The notes: generated by a model from the letters alone, not told the origin. 64,000 nt of DNA from Octopus vulgaris (GCA_951406725.2 OX597836.1:27714001-27778000), one strand, 5' to 3'. Counted from the first letter of the stretch, positions 12,764-25,916 are shown. Numbers and translations are program-made.

Positions 12764-13260
12764 GAGTGAAAGAGCAGTGCATGCCATCAAAGTGACACTG
12801 GGGTAAAATATACGAAGCCCAGTATACCCATCATGACTACCTGTCTTATGTACACTAGGCACATGCATCACAACCATATGTGCGCAACAAGGTGATCTCA
12901 TATCAAGATAAACAGCGCATGTCCTTGCAGGTGGGGCCCAGTTAGAGTAACCCATCCCACTCTAAAGGTCCCTGAATAAGGATTGTTTAATGATGTTGAA
13001 CGAACCAATCATGTTTCCAAAGGTGAATTATCCAAACCTCCAAGAATTTCTTTCAACACACGGCTTTGATACTCCCCCACTACTTCTGCTCGTGATCAGA
13101 GATGCACATATCGTCAGCCACTAAGGGACATGCTCAACTGGTTAAGGCCAAACAGCTGACAAGCAAATCTGTGGTATTCAGCAGCATTTACTGTAGCCTA
13201 TCTTTTTTTACCAAAACAATGTACATGATAACACTTCCAATCAATTAAGATCAGAAACCA

Positions 13261-13261
<1 letters not shown>
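12763..13261 (-). mobile_element. Non-coding retroposon inserted in (TAA)n (other copies 28181-28800 and 28832-29374)
   Basis: Three similar copies share one fixed end (..GCACTGCTCTYTCACTC-(AAT)n on minus) and have variable other ends. Each is flanked by (ATT)n on both sides. Confidence 0.7.
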
Positions 13262-13336
<75 letters not shown>

Positions 13337-13337
<1 letters not shown>

Positions 13338-13777
13338 TATGTTTGACTTTTGCTTTATGTCTGTACAAGTTGGCTCCAAGTCTCACCCAGAGACCTCAAG
13401 AGACAACAGGTTGGAAGTTCATGTTGTTGTTATGCCTAGTGTGCCATATATATATTTTTTTGGTGTTGTACTAGTGAATGTCTAATAAATAAATTTTAAA
13501 AAAAAGAAAAAAAAAGAAGAAAAATAAAAAAATAAAAAGAAAAAAAAAGTTTGTTTTAAACCTTGGGATTACATAGAGAGTATTTTGAGTAGGATATGAG
13601 CAGTTCTCATGAGCACTATCTTTTGAATTTCTGCCATTTTGGGGTTTCCTGGTATCTGAGTTAGGTAGCAATCAGCCCCTTTCGCTATCATTCCCAGGGC
13701 ACCTATGACAACAGGTATTGTTTTAGTCTTCAGCTTCCACATTTTGCTGATTTCTATTTCAAGATCTTTATATTTGC
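13337..13777 (-). mobile_element. Second R4/Dong-like family 3' end inside (TAA)n
   Basis: Minus strand 13775->13569 reads KYKDLEIEISKMWKLKTKTIPVVIGALGMIAKGADCYLTQIPGNPKMAEIQKIVLMRTAHILLKILSM*. TAA/ATT tracts on both sides. Confidence 0.8.
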
Positions 13778-13798
13778 ATTATAATAATAATAATAATA

Positions 13799-13841
<43 letters not shown>

Positions 13842-15143
13842 GCTACTTTTATCAAAGTTATCGTACATCGTTTCCATTTTCATCACCACGCCATTAATAT
13901 CACCATTGTCATCATTATCACCATCATTATCCTCATTATCCTCACTATCATGCAGTTGCTGCTGCTACTGATGATGAAAATGATTTTGGTGATAATGATG
14001 ATGAGGAGGATGATGATGATGATCATCATCATCATCGCAATCATAATCATAATCATCATCATCATCATCGCCATCGTCGTCGTCATCGTCATCATTCTCC
14101 ACTTCAACTTCGTTTTTGACTGTCATCATAATCACCCACGATTTCATTATATCCGCCATTTGTTGACTGTTCTCACTCTCCAGTTGTCAGTTATCTGTCG
14201 TATATCGTTGACATTGCCTGCTCTCTATTGTGTAACATTTTTCGTCTGTCATCCATCGTTCGTTATCTGTTTTTAAACACTTGTCGTCTGTCAGCTACCG
14301 CCGAACGCCTGTCTTCTCCCTATTGGCTGGTGTCTGATATCTCTCATCTGTCATCTTCCATTGAGCGTATATCGTCTGTCATGTGTTAGCTGTCGCCTAT
14401 TGTCAAACATGTCATGTGTCTCAGTATTATTGTAGGATTCTGTCATTCATCGTTTAACATCTTATCTATCATTAAATATCTATCGCTTGTCGTCTGACAT
14501 CTGTTTGTCACAAGTCTACATCTGTTATCTGTTGTTGTCTTATTTTTACTTACAATTTTCTAAGAAGGAATATATTTTTGATATTTCATTTTAATTCAAC
14601 TTGTTTAACAGTTGTTGTTTTTTTACCAATCATTTGTAAATAAGTTTTAATATTTCATTTCTTTTACATTCTGAGTTCAAATCCCGCAGAGGTCGACGTT
14701 ACCTTTCATTCTTTTCGGACTCGTTAAAATAGTACCAGGTTGAGCACTGGGGTCAAGGCAATTGTCTTATCCCCACCCCACTCAAACTTGCTGGCTTCGT
14801 ACAAAAATTTGAAACCAATATTTGATTTCTTTAAAATATTTTAGTAACCAAATTTATTGATATATTCGTAGGTTCTCCTTAACTTCCATAGTTCTGTGGT
14901 CGATAAGTCAAGTTAGTAATTAAATACTATGCATTTCACTAACTTGTTATTTCGTAGTTAGTGTTTGAATTCAATATTCTATTAATATTGGGTTGTCTTT
15001 TTACAATTCTTGCATAGTTAAGATCTAACATCAGAAGAGCGACCAATAAAATGCATCTTTGCAGAACGAAGCGACGCCACTATGCATTCTTGGTTTAGAA
15101 TAACTTACCCCTTTTTATCATTTGGGAGTCGGTAAATTTAAAA

Positions 15144-15730
15144 TACTGTATTTTCAGGCATACAAATCGTTGTAGTATGTAAGTCGAAGTAGATTTTTTC
15201 GGTAAAAAAAAATGTTTAAATCCATAGTCATCGTATAAGTCGACACCCTTTCTCCCGAATAACCATTCTACCAGGGATTTTTTTCTTTGTAAGTATTTTC
15301 GGTCACAAGTTTTTATTGAGAAAACAAGACATGATCGAAGTTGGGATGGATCGGATCATCAGAGTTTGCACAGTGGGAATGAGAAATTTCGTGAATAAAT
15401 AAAAATCAAGTTTTCATTTGAAATAATGTTCAATTATTTCAAATTTGACTTTTAATATTTGCCTTTATCTACACTTATAATCGCACATCAATATGGATTT
15501 AAAAATGTAAGTATAAAGAGAATTAACAGTTAACTAAATTTTTTTGTTATATGCTATCATGGCAGATCTGCAGTGTAAACATTTAAACATCGCTACTATT
15601 TTTCGAAATCTGCTGCATTTCACATAGATATTTTGATCTTCCAAAGTCGTCTTGGAGTATATGTTGGCCTAGCTCTTTTGGCTGTTAATTTTGGTCTGAA
15701 AATTCGACTTATATGTCAAGACATACAGTA
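15144..15730. mobile_element. Non-autonomous Tc1/mariner-type (Tc2/pogo-like) element
   Basis: Ends TACTGTA..(TAAGTCG) and (CGACTTATA)..TACAGTA form imperfect TIRs with terminal TA. No ORF. Confidence 0.55.
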
Positions 15731-16797
15731 CCAATCAAAGTTCAGAAAACGATTAAATTGATTCCAATCTTCAACCAAATTTGTGAAACTGAGTCAAGGT
15801 TAGAATGGCTACTGTTTAGCATTGAGGAATGGCGGATAATTGAACAGGGAGAACAATAAACTTCCGATGTCTTAGGTGACGTAGCTTATGCTGGGAGATG
15901 GGTGGATGGGTGTATCAACTGTCAATTTTATAGTCATTTGGTCGACTCCCGATATTATATCATTGATTTCGTGGAGGAGTGCTCAAACAGAGCTACATAA
16001 TACCACCTGCAATAAGGGAGACAGCATCTCTACGGTCACTCAATATGCTAGAAATAGCAACCAAATCTTCCTTAACTCTCAGTTTTCCTGTACTATCCGA
16101 AAATGAACAAGCTGTAGGTGTAGAATATAGCCATATATACACTCCATATTTTAAAGACTAGAACATCTTTGATCAAATGACTGCTGGGTCAGAGTTGCCA
16201 GGAAGCTTAAGCAACAGCATAAATTCAAATAAATGGAATCGATTTTGTCATTTATGCCATCAAATTCAATAAAAATATTCACCAGTTAAATAGAATCAAT
16301 GGTTATTTAATGAATTGTGGTAAGGTCGAAGAAGAAACTACAAACAGAACACATCCAACTCCTCTTTAAGATCTCAACAGAAAATTAAACACCAATGGTT
16401 GATCTAAATAAGGTTTCAACTGGTGGAAGAGGGCGACAGCAAACTGGATGGCTGACGCGATTACGATCGAGATTACAATTGTATCAGCGTCGGTAGTCTG
16501 TTGCAATCTCATTACCTGACCCCCCGCCCTAGTCTTATTTTATATAAAGGTCTGAACCAAAATATATGGATCACTCCTTGACAAGTTGGAGTTGGCCATA
16601 GGCAAATCCACGCCTACGGTATATCTTCTTGCCGCCGTTTCTTCCCACAGGGAGAAACTGAAAATCTGGGAAACAAGAATAAACGTTTATGGCGACGACA
16701 GACTTCCGGTAAACTGTTTCCGACTTCCAGGGTTAGAAATAATCGTTTTATTCTTTTAGTATTTGTAAAAATGATTGAGGGAAGATGTCCTTTTCTT

Positions 16798-17183
16798 TAT
16801 CTCGGGGGGGGGGTCATTGTGCCAATAATAAATACATGCACTGATTGTATTTCACCTTTTTTTATTATTCATTTGTCAATTGGTCAACTATTTAAGCAAT
16901 TAACTAATCGATTGTTCGATTAATTCTTCGGTCAAACAATATATAAGTTAGGTTTGTCAAAGAGCTGCGACGAAAGGATTTCTGTCACCATTCGCAACCT
17001 CAGCAAGGACATGCTTTCGTTACTCCTGGACATTGACAATCATAAATCACTGATTTATTGGCCAAACAGATAACCAAACATTTGATTGGTTAATTACTTA
17101 ACCAATTGACAAAATAAATAGTACGGAAGTGAAATAAAAACAGTGTGTGTGTTTATCATTGGCATAATGACCCTCCCGAGATA
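16798..17183. mobile_element. MITE / fold-back element with ~110-bp imperfect TIRs
   Basis: TATCTCGGGG..GGGTCATTGTGCCAATAATAAA.. at left pairs with ..TTTATCATTGGCATAATGACCCTCCCGAGATA at right. Confidence 0.7.
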
Positions 17184-18959
17184 CAACAATATACATTTCA
17201 ACACACGCGTTCACATCAAGAATCTTGCAAACCAAATGAGGGTCAATATTTTATATTTAATTGAAGGAGAAATCAAGTGTTTCGGTTAAAGTCTGTATTT
17301 GTCTTTGTTATGCCCCCTCCTAAAACTCCCTTAAGATTTCTCCTTACTCCATTACAATTGTATCTATCCCTTTGTCAGACTCTAATCTAGTTTATTTTGA
17401 TCTAATTTAAGTTAGGAATTATCCAATATGATAAATAAATAGATGTTTCCTTCTTGAATCATGCTGACTGATATGGGCCGATTTCCCGATTTCAATGGCG
17501 TTTATATTCCCCACCTGGACGGGACGCCAGTCCGACGTAGGATCAACTCACTTTTGCTAGCCGAACGAACTGGAGCAGCGTGAAATGAGGTGTTTTGCTC
17601 AAGAGCGCAACGCGTCGCCCGGTCCAGGAATCGAAACCACAATCTTACGATCATGAGTCCAACACCCTAACCACTAAGCCACAAGCCTCCACCATCCAAT
17701 ATCGGCCGTTGTTTTATTTATACAATGTTCTCTGTTTTATATTTCAACAAGAGATTCTGGGTTTTTTTTTCCTTTTATTCATGTCGTAGTTCTATTATAT
17801 TTTTGCTTATTTATTCCGTATCTTTCAGCAGGACTTTGACTTCATATAATCATAAAAGCCCAGGATTTCATGTTGTTTTTTTTTTTTCTTTCATATTCTC
17901 TGTCACAATGTCGCTAATCAATTGTCTTAACTTTTCCTTGATCACTCTAACCTTTATTCTGTACATCTCATTGTCTGCCGCTGGATTCATTTCACTTACG
18001 TTTCAGTTCTCTTTCAGTATTTGTCCGTCAGTCTTAAACACATCTGAAACATATTCATTTCCTTACAAATATTTCCCCAATCGTATTTTTTCTTTCTCTA
18101 TTATTTTCATTCTTTTTTTTTTTTTTTCGTAATCATGTAGACAGTTCGCCAGATACAACTGATTCTTAGCGGAGGATTTCCCTTACAAACCAGATATAGT
18201 TATCATCCGTTCCTTTCATTTAATCATATTCTTCACAAGACGTTTTTTCCCTCCCTTCACCTCCCGGCCTTCTCTCCTCCATCCTTACCATTGTAATTTC
18301 TTTAAGTACTTCATATCCCAGTTGTTGGAGATATTCTCTCATATTGCTCATGTTGATGTATTGATCAATTTCAATGCTACCGTAGCCATCTTTTGTTAGC
18401 TATTATTCTATTCATCAACAACTCGTCATTTTTTTTGTTGTTGTTGAGTTTGTCGCTTATTATTTTTTTTCTCTCAACATTACAGTATTAGTATTACTTC
18501 CTTTAGGCATTACCATATTAATATTGTTTGCATTTCGTTTATGTTTTTGATGCTTCTGTATTCTTTTAAGCTTTCTGATTGTTTGGTTAACTACTTAGTT
18601 CCCAACATAATTGTCCAGATATCATCTCATTTGTCCGCAGCTATTTACAACTTCCATTTCATTGCTTCATTTCTTCCGCACATTCAATAAATTTTTGATA
18701 TTTTATTTCAACTGCTCAAATAAAGTACAAATCACTGAGAATATTTGCGTGCAAGAGGGAAACTTTAGCGACAAATCACGACGTTTGCTTATCGCATCGC
18801 CAACCATTTTCTCTCCGCTGATTTTTCTAAACTAATTGTCATTTACTGGTTTTTAATTATTTTGTATAAATCTTTTCTTAAAATTTAAAGCATTTGTTTT
18901 TCTTGCAATAATTTTCAATATACCTTTGCTTTCATTTTCTTTTCATCATCCCATTTTTT

Positions 18960-18985
18960 TCTTCTTCTTCTCCTTCTTCTTCTTC

Positions 18986-19026
<41 letters not shown>

Positions 19027-19067
19027 TCTTTTTCCTCTTCTTTTTCTTCTTCCTTTTCCTCCTACTC

Positions 19068-19156
<89 letters not shown>

Positions 19157-19197
19157 CATCATTATTATTATTTCTTTTCTTCTTCTTCTTCTTCTTC

Positions 19198-19247
<50 letters not shown>

Positions 19248-19354
19248 TTTTCTTCTTCTTCTTCTTCTTCTTCTTCTTATTATTATTATTATTATTATTA
19301 TTGTTATTAGTTCTTTTTCTTCTTATTATTATTATTCTTCTTCTTCTCCTTCTT

Positions 19355-19419
<65 letters not shown>

Positions 19420-19471
19420 CATTATTATTATTTCTTTTTCTTCTTCTTCTTCTTCTTCTTCTTCTTCTACT

Positions 19472-19547
<76 letters not shown>

Positions 19548-19864
19548 GTTATTAGTTCTTTTTCTTCTTCTTCTTCTTCTTATTATTATTATTTCTTCTT
19601 CCTTTTCCCCCAACTCCTTCTTCTTCTTCTTCTTCTTCTTCTTCTTCTTCTCCCTTCTTCTTCTCCCTTCTTCTTCTTCTTCTTCTTCTTCTTCTTCCTT
19701 ATTGTTGATGTTAGTTAGGCGGAGAACTAGCAGATGAAATTAGTACTACATGAGTACTGGGCGGTGAGGGTTCGATATAAACAGCTGGCCTCCTCCCAAC
19801 AAATTCAGGGCTTTGTGCCTATCGTGGACAGAATTATTACTACCATTATTATTATTATTATTAT

Positions 19865-19929
<65 letters not shown>

Positions 19930-19983
19930 ATGGTGGTGGTGGTGGTGGTGGTGGTGGTGGTGGTGGTAACAGCAGCAGTAGTT

Positions 19984-20015
<32 letters not shown>
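18960..20015. repeat. Compound trinucleotide microsatellite block (CTT/ATT/AGT/GGT)
   Basis: Directly visible; a short SINE-B fragment lies near 19750-19830. Confidence 0.95.
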
Positions 20016-20305
20016 CCATCCGGCACGGCGATTATTTTTACCGCCTTTATTCCGTGACTAGTTTCAGTAATCAGCCTGTTGTCACGCCGTGGGATCGAAC
20101 CTGGAACTAAACGGGATGCAAAGCGAACATCCTTAACCACACAGCTTAGCTACTACGCCCTAAATTCGATTACCCCCCCCCTTCGTTCCATTAAATCCTT
20201 TCTTTTCATTTCTTTTTCTTTTCTGTTTTTTTGTTTTTCCTTGTTTCTTAATTTTACGTTTGCATTATTAAATCTCAGAATGAGATTGAAACAGTAATCG
20301 CTCGA

Positions 20306-20633
20306 TAATGTAAAGTATAGAAGCCATCTTAACATGTCTAACCACATAGGGGAGGGGGTGTTACTGTAGCTTTATAGCCCCAGGAGATCGTCGTCTCCAG
20401 CTGGCTTTAGACACCATTTCAGTGCCCTTGAAGTATTTGCAAAGGGAGGCCATCCCTTCCTATCACTCAGGCTTGCGAGGAAGGGATGGCCTCCCTTTGC
20501 AAATACTTCAAGGGCACTGAAATGGTGTCTAAAGCCAGCTGGAGACGACGATCTCCTGGGGCTATAAAGCTACAGTAACACCCCCTCCCGTATGTGGTTA
20601 GCCATGTTAAGATGGCTTCTATACTTTACATTA
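20306..20633. repeat. Near-perfect inverted repeat: 156-bp arms, 16-nt spacer
   Basis: 20306-20461 is the reverse complement of 20478-20633 with 2 mismatches by eye. Arm sequence is related to positions 1-60 and 63220-63272. Confidence 0.95.
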
Positions 20634-20825
20634 ATTTTACGTTATTTTACGTTAATGGTTTTCCTTTTGATAAAAGTCAACGAAACTTCAAAAGTGCAAT
20701 CGTTTATAAGTGACAGCGATGTGCAAATATAATCTGTGTTTACACGATCTACCGGTAGTGTTTGTACAATGTGTTAATTGTGTATATGCATTATTAATCG
20801 GGGTGTTTGTTTATTTATAAACAAT

Positions 20826-20987
20826 GGCGCAGGAGTGGGTGTGTGGTAAGTAGCTTGCTAACCAACCACATGGTTATGGGTTCAGTCCCACTGCGTGGTA
20901 TCTTGGGCAAGTGTCTTCTGCTATAGCCCCGGGCCGACCAATGCCTTGTGAGTGGATTTGGTAGACGGAAACTGAAAGAAGCCTGTC

Positions 20988-21037
<50 letters not shown>

Positions 21038-21248
21038 GTATTTTGTGTGTCTGTGTTTGTCCCCCCACCCCCACCCAACATCGCTTGACAACCGATGCTG
21101 GTGTGTTTACGTCCCCGTCACTTAGCGATTCGGCAAAAGAGACCGATAGAATAAGTACTGGGCTTACAAAGAATAAGTCCCGGGGTCGATTTTCTCGACT
21201 AAAGGCGGTGCTCCAGCATGGCCGCAGTCAAATGACTGAAACAAGTAA
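20826..21248 (+). mobile_element. SINE family A, full length
   Basis: Same head, body and tail as 9804-10263. Confidence 0.85.
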
Positions 21249-21806
21249 TATATTTATTTATAATGTTTTAATGGCGTGTGTATTCATAATCAATTCGTTG
21301 CTGGTGTGTGTATGTATGCACAATCTATCAGTATTTTGTGTACGTGTAAACAGTATGTGTAAACGATAGATTAGCAGTTTGTGTATTTATACACAACTAA
21401 TCAACGGTGTTTGTAACAATGAGATTATTATATAAACAATATATTAATTGTGTGTGTGTGGGTGTGTATGTGTGTGTGTGTGTGTGCGTGTATTTGTAAA
21501 CAATACATTAATGGTGTGTATATTTAAAAACAATCAGTAGTGTATGCATACAATAAATTAATGTACGTCTTAGCTACACTGCTATACTGGCACCTATACA
21601 TGTCCATATGCAATATGTATATACCTCGGCCTATACATATACATGTGCATGCGTACAACATAACACAACACGCGTATGTATTATAAAAGATTAATGCTAT
21701 GAGAATGAGTTAACTGAACAGATTAATGGCGTGTGAACATATATATGTATATGTATATATATACATATATATGTATATGTATATATATGTATATATGTAC
21801 ACACAC

Positions 21807-21847
<41 letters not shown>

Positions 21848-21933
21848 TCCAAACAAGAAAAACACAAAAAAACACAAGAACGCGAGGACGTGGAACAAAT
21901 ATAGTATTATTGGACGCTAAGGAAAGAAGGAGG

Positions 21934-21968
21934 GTTTAACGTTTCGAGCGGAGCTCTTCGTTGGAAAC
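21934..21968 (-). ncRNA. Degenerate minimal type-I hammerhead-like motif in a Penelope-like short element (~21846-22050)
   Basis: Minus strand: GUUU-CCAACGA-A-GAGC(UCC)GCUC-GAAA-CG-UU-AAAC. Stems intact; core has U4C and G5A. Confidence 0.55.
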
Positions 21969-22201
21969 ATAGGAGAAGGAAAGATCCAGAGAAGGGAAGA
22001 CAGAGGGAAAAAAATCGCCAACGGTACACACGCGGTCACATTTTGAAATGTACGTATATATATATATATATATATATACGTACATACACACACACAAACA
22101 CATACACACACGCACATATATCAAAGCATTATCTACTAATGATATGTATGTTTTAACGATTGACTAATGGAGCGTATGTATATATGTATGTATATACATA
22201 C

Positions 22202-22276
<75 letters not shown>

Positions 22277-22280
22277 TGTG

Positions 22281-22356
<76 letters not shown>

Positions 22357-22818
22357 TTTCAACATTTATATGTTCAGATGCCTACACTAGTATAAATGTA
22401 CTTTCGCACGATGAAACGGGGATGAATTTGGATAACTGTTAACATAATCTACCTTAAGGTAAGGATGAATTAGGTTTAGCTTTGACCTCGTCATTCTCAT
22501 AAACACCAAGTAGCAATTGAACTCGCTTTGTGATCGCGTGTGCACCAAATCACACGCGTATGCTTACATTTTCGTGGATGCTCATTTTAGCGAGTGTAAT
22601 ACAGCCTGCGCGATGGCGCTTATACATCCATATCTGTTGACGGTTATTTTAAATACTTTTCTCGCTGTATTGCATGTTCGTTTCCTTTTTGCGTCTGTGA
22701 TTTTATTTTTGATATTCTACTATATAAATAACGATATTTCCTTCGTTTTGCTGCTTTTCATTCTACGAAATGAGAAGATACATTGCGGAACTCTTATTTA
22801 AACGAGTTGTATCTATCT

Positions 22819-22922
22819 ATCACCCGATGAGACACATCTGCACCACAGGATGCTCCTGAACCAGTTCAGTGCCCCACCCCTGGGGGGATCGATGTTAGAT
22901 GTGTCGAAACAATTGTCGTGAT
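22819..22922 (+). ncRNA. Type-I hammerhead ribozyme-like motif with expanded loop II
   Basis: AUCAC-CCGAUGA-GACACAUCU[57 nt]AGAUGUGUC-GAAA-CAAUUG-UC-GUGAU: 5-bp stem I, 9-bp stem II, palindromic stem III, GUC triplet. Only U4C departs from consensus. Confidence 0.75.
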
Positions 22923-22965
22923 TAATAATATATTCTCGGATATTCCATCTTCCGTCTTTCATTTA

Positions 22966-23006
<41 letters not shown>

Positions 23007-23358
23007 AGGAGGAATGGTCCCATATATATATTCAGCAGTATCGGCGCCGAGTAAAGATTAGGCGTAAACAAACATTAGGTTACGTGAAATATGTTTGTAA
23101 CATATTTCAACTTTTAAAGGGAAATTCACTGCAGATTCCGAGGAGAAAAAAAATCTCTGTTGTGGTAAAAAAAAAAAAAAAAACTAAATCGGATTCTCAA
23201 ACGCAGTTTCGTCAATGTTTTTACACGTTGTGGTGCACTGAATAATGCACCACAACTAGTTGTTCAAAATCTCATTGATGTACAATGGGTCGAAACGATC
23301 GTAATGATTAATAAGGATTCTTGTGAATTTCATTTTCTCTTTCTTGTTACACACAGAA

Positions 23359-23451
<93 letters not shown>

Positions 23452-23798
23452 GGTGTGTGTGTGCGTAACTTAATTTATCGACCCAGAAAGGATGAAAGGT
23501 AAAGCCGACCTCAGCGGAGTTTGAACTCAGAACGTAACGGCGGAAGATATACCTATTTCTTTTCTACCCACAAGGGGCTAAACACAGAGAGGACAAACAA
23601 GGACAGACACGCGGATTAAGTCGATTATATCGACCCCAGTGCGTAACTGGTACTTATTTAATCGACCCCGAAAGGATGAAAGGCAAAGTCGCCCGGCGTG
23701 CTAACGTTTCTGCCAGCTCGCCGCCTTACACACATGTAATATGATATCTTAAATGTTTGTGTATGATTGTGTGTGTGTGTTTAATGAATGACAGTATA

Positions 23799-24014
23799 TA
23801 CGACGGAGTCGTAAATATATACAGATGGGTAAATATATACAGATGGATCAATTAATTACTATTTTATTCATCATATTCCCCTCTCAGATTCACACACTTA
23901 TTAGAGCAGTCCTTTAGTTTTTCTAAGCCCTGTAAAAGCACTCGGAAGGTTGGGCTTCCAACAAGGCCTTTCGCGATACCCTTAAAGCCAGAAACTGTTC
24001 AGCTCCCCTTCGTA
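23799..24014 (-). mobile_element. Internally deleted mariner element
   Basis: TACGA..G / C..TCGTA termini. The minus strand encodes the mariner C-terminus ..GLEKLKDCSNKCVNLRGEYDE*. Confidence 0.65.
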
Positions 24015-24489
24015 TGTATGGATGTCTTAAGTACTACGTGGAAAAGGTGAAGAAAGGGGCGCGGGAGTTAAGTGCAGTACATCTGTGTGTGTGTGTGTGT
24101 GTGTGTGTGTGACCTGTGTGCGTGAATGTAGACACTCATGTGTGTTTATGTGTAAACGCCAATGTAGAGTGTGGACAGAGTTGTAGAGATGGCCAATAAT
24201 TCACTGAGAATACAGCGAGTTATTTGTATTGAATGTATTTACTGAAACTTAAGTAATTATAAAGAGCCACTTAATGGGAAATTTAATGTTAGATGTCGAG
24301 GGTTACAACGATTTGGGAGAGACAATAATGGCTGCAAAGTGAGGAAAGAGAAGAGCCGGAGAGGTGGTGGTGGTGGTGGTGGTGGTGGTGGTGGTGGCGG
24401 TGGTAGACGATTGTATGGATATTTGAATGTAAGCGAATGTATTAGATAATATGTCTGAGAGTGAGAGGGAAGATTGGCTGGAGGTCAAT

Positions 24490-25530
24490 GTATGTATGAA
24501 TGTATGTGTGTGTATGTATGTATGTATGTATGTATGTATGTATGTATGTATGTATGTATGTGTGTATGTATGTGTGTGTGTGTGTATGTATGCATGTATG
24601 GCTGGCTGGATGGATGGATGGATGGATGGATGGATGGGTGGATGTAGGTATATATATATATATACATGTGTGTGTATGTATAATTATATATATGTGTGTG
24701 TATGTATGTATGCATGTATGTGTATAAGTATGTATGTTTATGTACGTGTATGAATGTATGTATGGCTGTATGGATGGATGGATGGATGGATGGATGGGTG
24801 GATGTAGGTATATATATATATATACATGTGCATGTGCCTCAATGTGTGTTTACATAGATATATGCTTGTGCGTGTGCGTGTGTGTGCATGCACATACGTA
24901 TGTATGTATGTATGTATGCATGTACGTACGTACATACGTATGTATGTATGTATGTATGTATGTATGTATGTGTGTAAGTATGTATGTATGTATGTATGTA
25001 TGTATATATGTATGTATGTGTGTAAAAATGTATGTATGTATGTATGTATGTGTATGTATGTATGTATGTATGTGTATGTATGTATGTATGTATGTATGTA
25101 TGTATATATGTATGTGTGTGTGTGTAAGTATGTATGTATGTATGTATGTATGTATGTATGTATGTATGTGTGTAAAAATGTATGTATGTATGTATGTATG
25201 TATGTATGTATGTATGTATGTATATATGTATGTATGTATATATGTATGTGTGTGTGTGTAAGTATGTATGTATGTATGTGTGTAAGTATGTATGTATGTA
25301 TGTATGTATGTATGTATATATGTATGTATGTGTGTAAAAATGTATGTATGTATGTATGTATGTATGTATGTATGTGTATAACGTATGTATATATGTATGT
25401 GTGTGTGTGTAAGTATGTATGTATGTATGTATGTATGTATGTATGTATGTATGTATGTATGTATGTATGTATGTATGTATGTGTATAACGTATGTATATA
25501 TGTATGTGTGTGTCTATATATGTATGTAAT
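24490..25530. repeat. ~1 kb (TATG)n microsatellite with higher-order reiteration
   Basis: TATG runs punctuated by recurring TGTGTAAGTA and TGTGTAAAAA landmarks. Confidence 0.95.
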
Positions 25531-25860
25531 GTATGTGTGCATTTATGGAAGAATTTGTATGGAATCTAAGTGTGGAAATGCTAATGATTCCGGATAGTAA
25601 CGAGGATGAGTAGAGGTTGTTTTATATGTGTATGAGAGATGGCGGGAGTAGTTAGCGGAAGTGTTGCGAAAGGGAGACATGGAGGGAGTAGGGAATAATA
25701 GTCTGTGGTGGTCGTGGTAATGATGGCGGTGGGGTTCTTGAGGTTACTAACACATATGAATAAGCAGAGAGACACACCACGCACGCACACATGCGCGGGC
25801 GCACACACACATATACACAAATGTGCTTACATATGCAATGATGCAGCTATATAGATAAAG

Positions 25861-25916
<56 letters not shown>

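Noticed and set aside
17700-18830. Possible decayed LINE ORF on the minus strand (purine-rich)
   Set aside because: Many stops and no motif I could identify with confidence.
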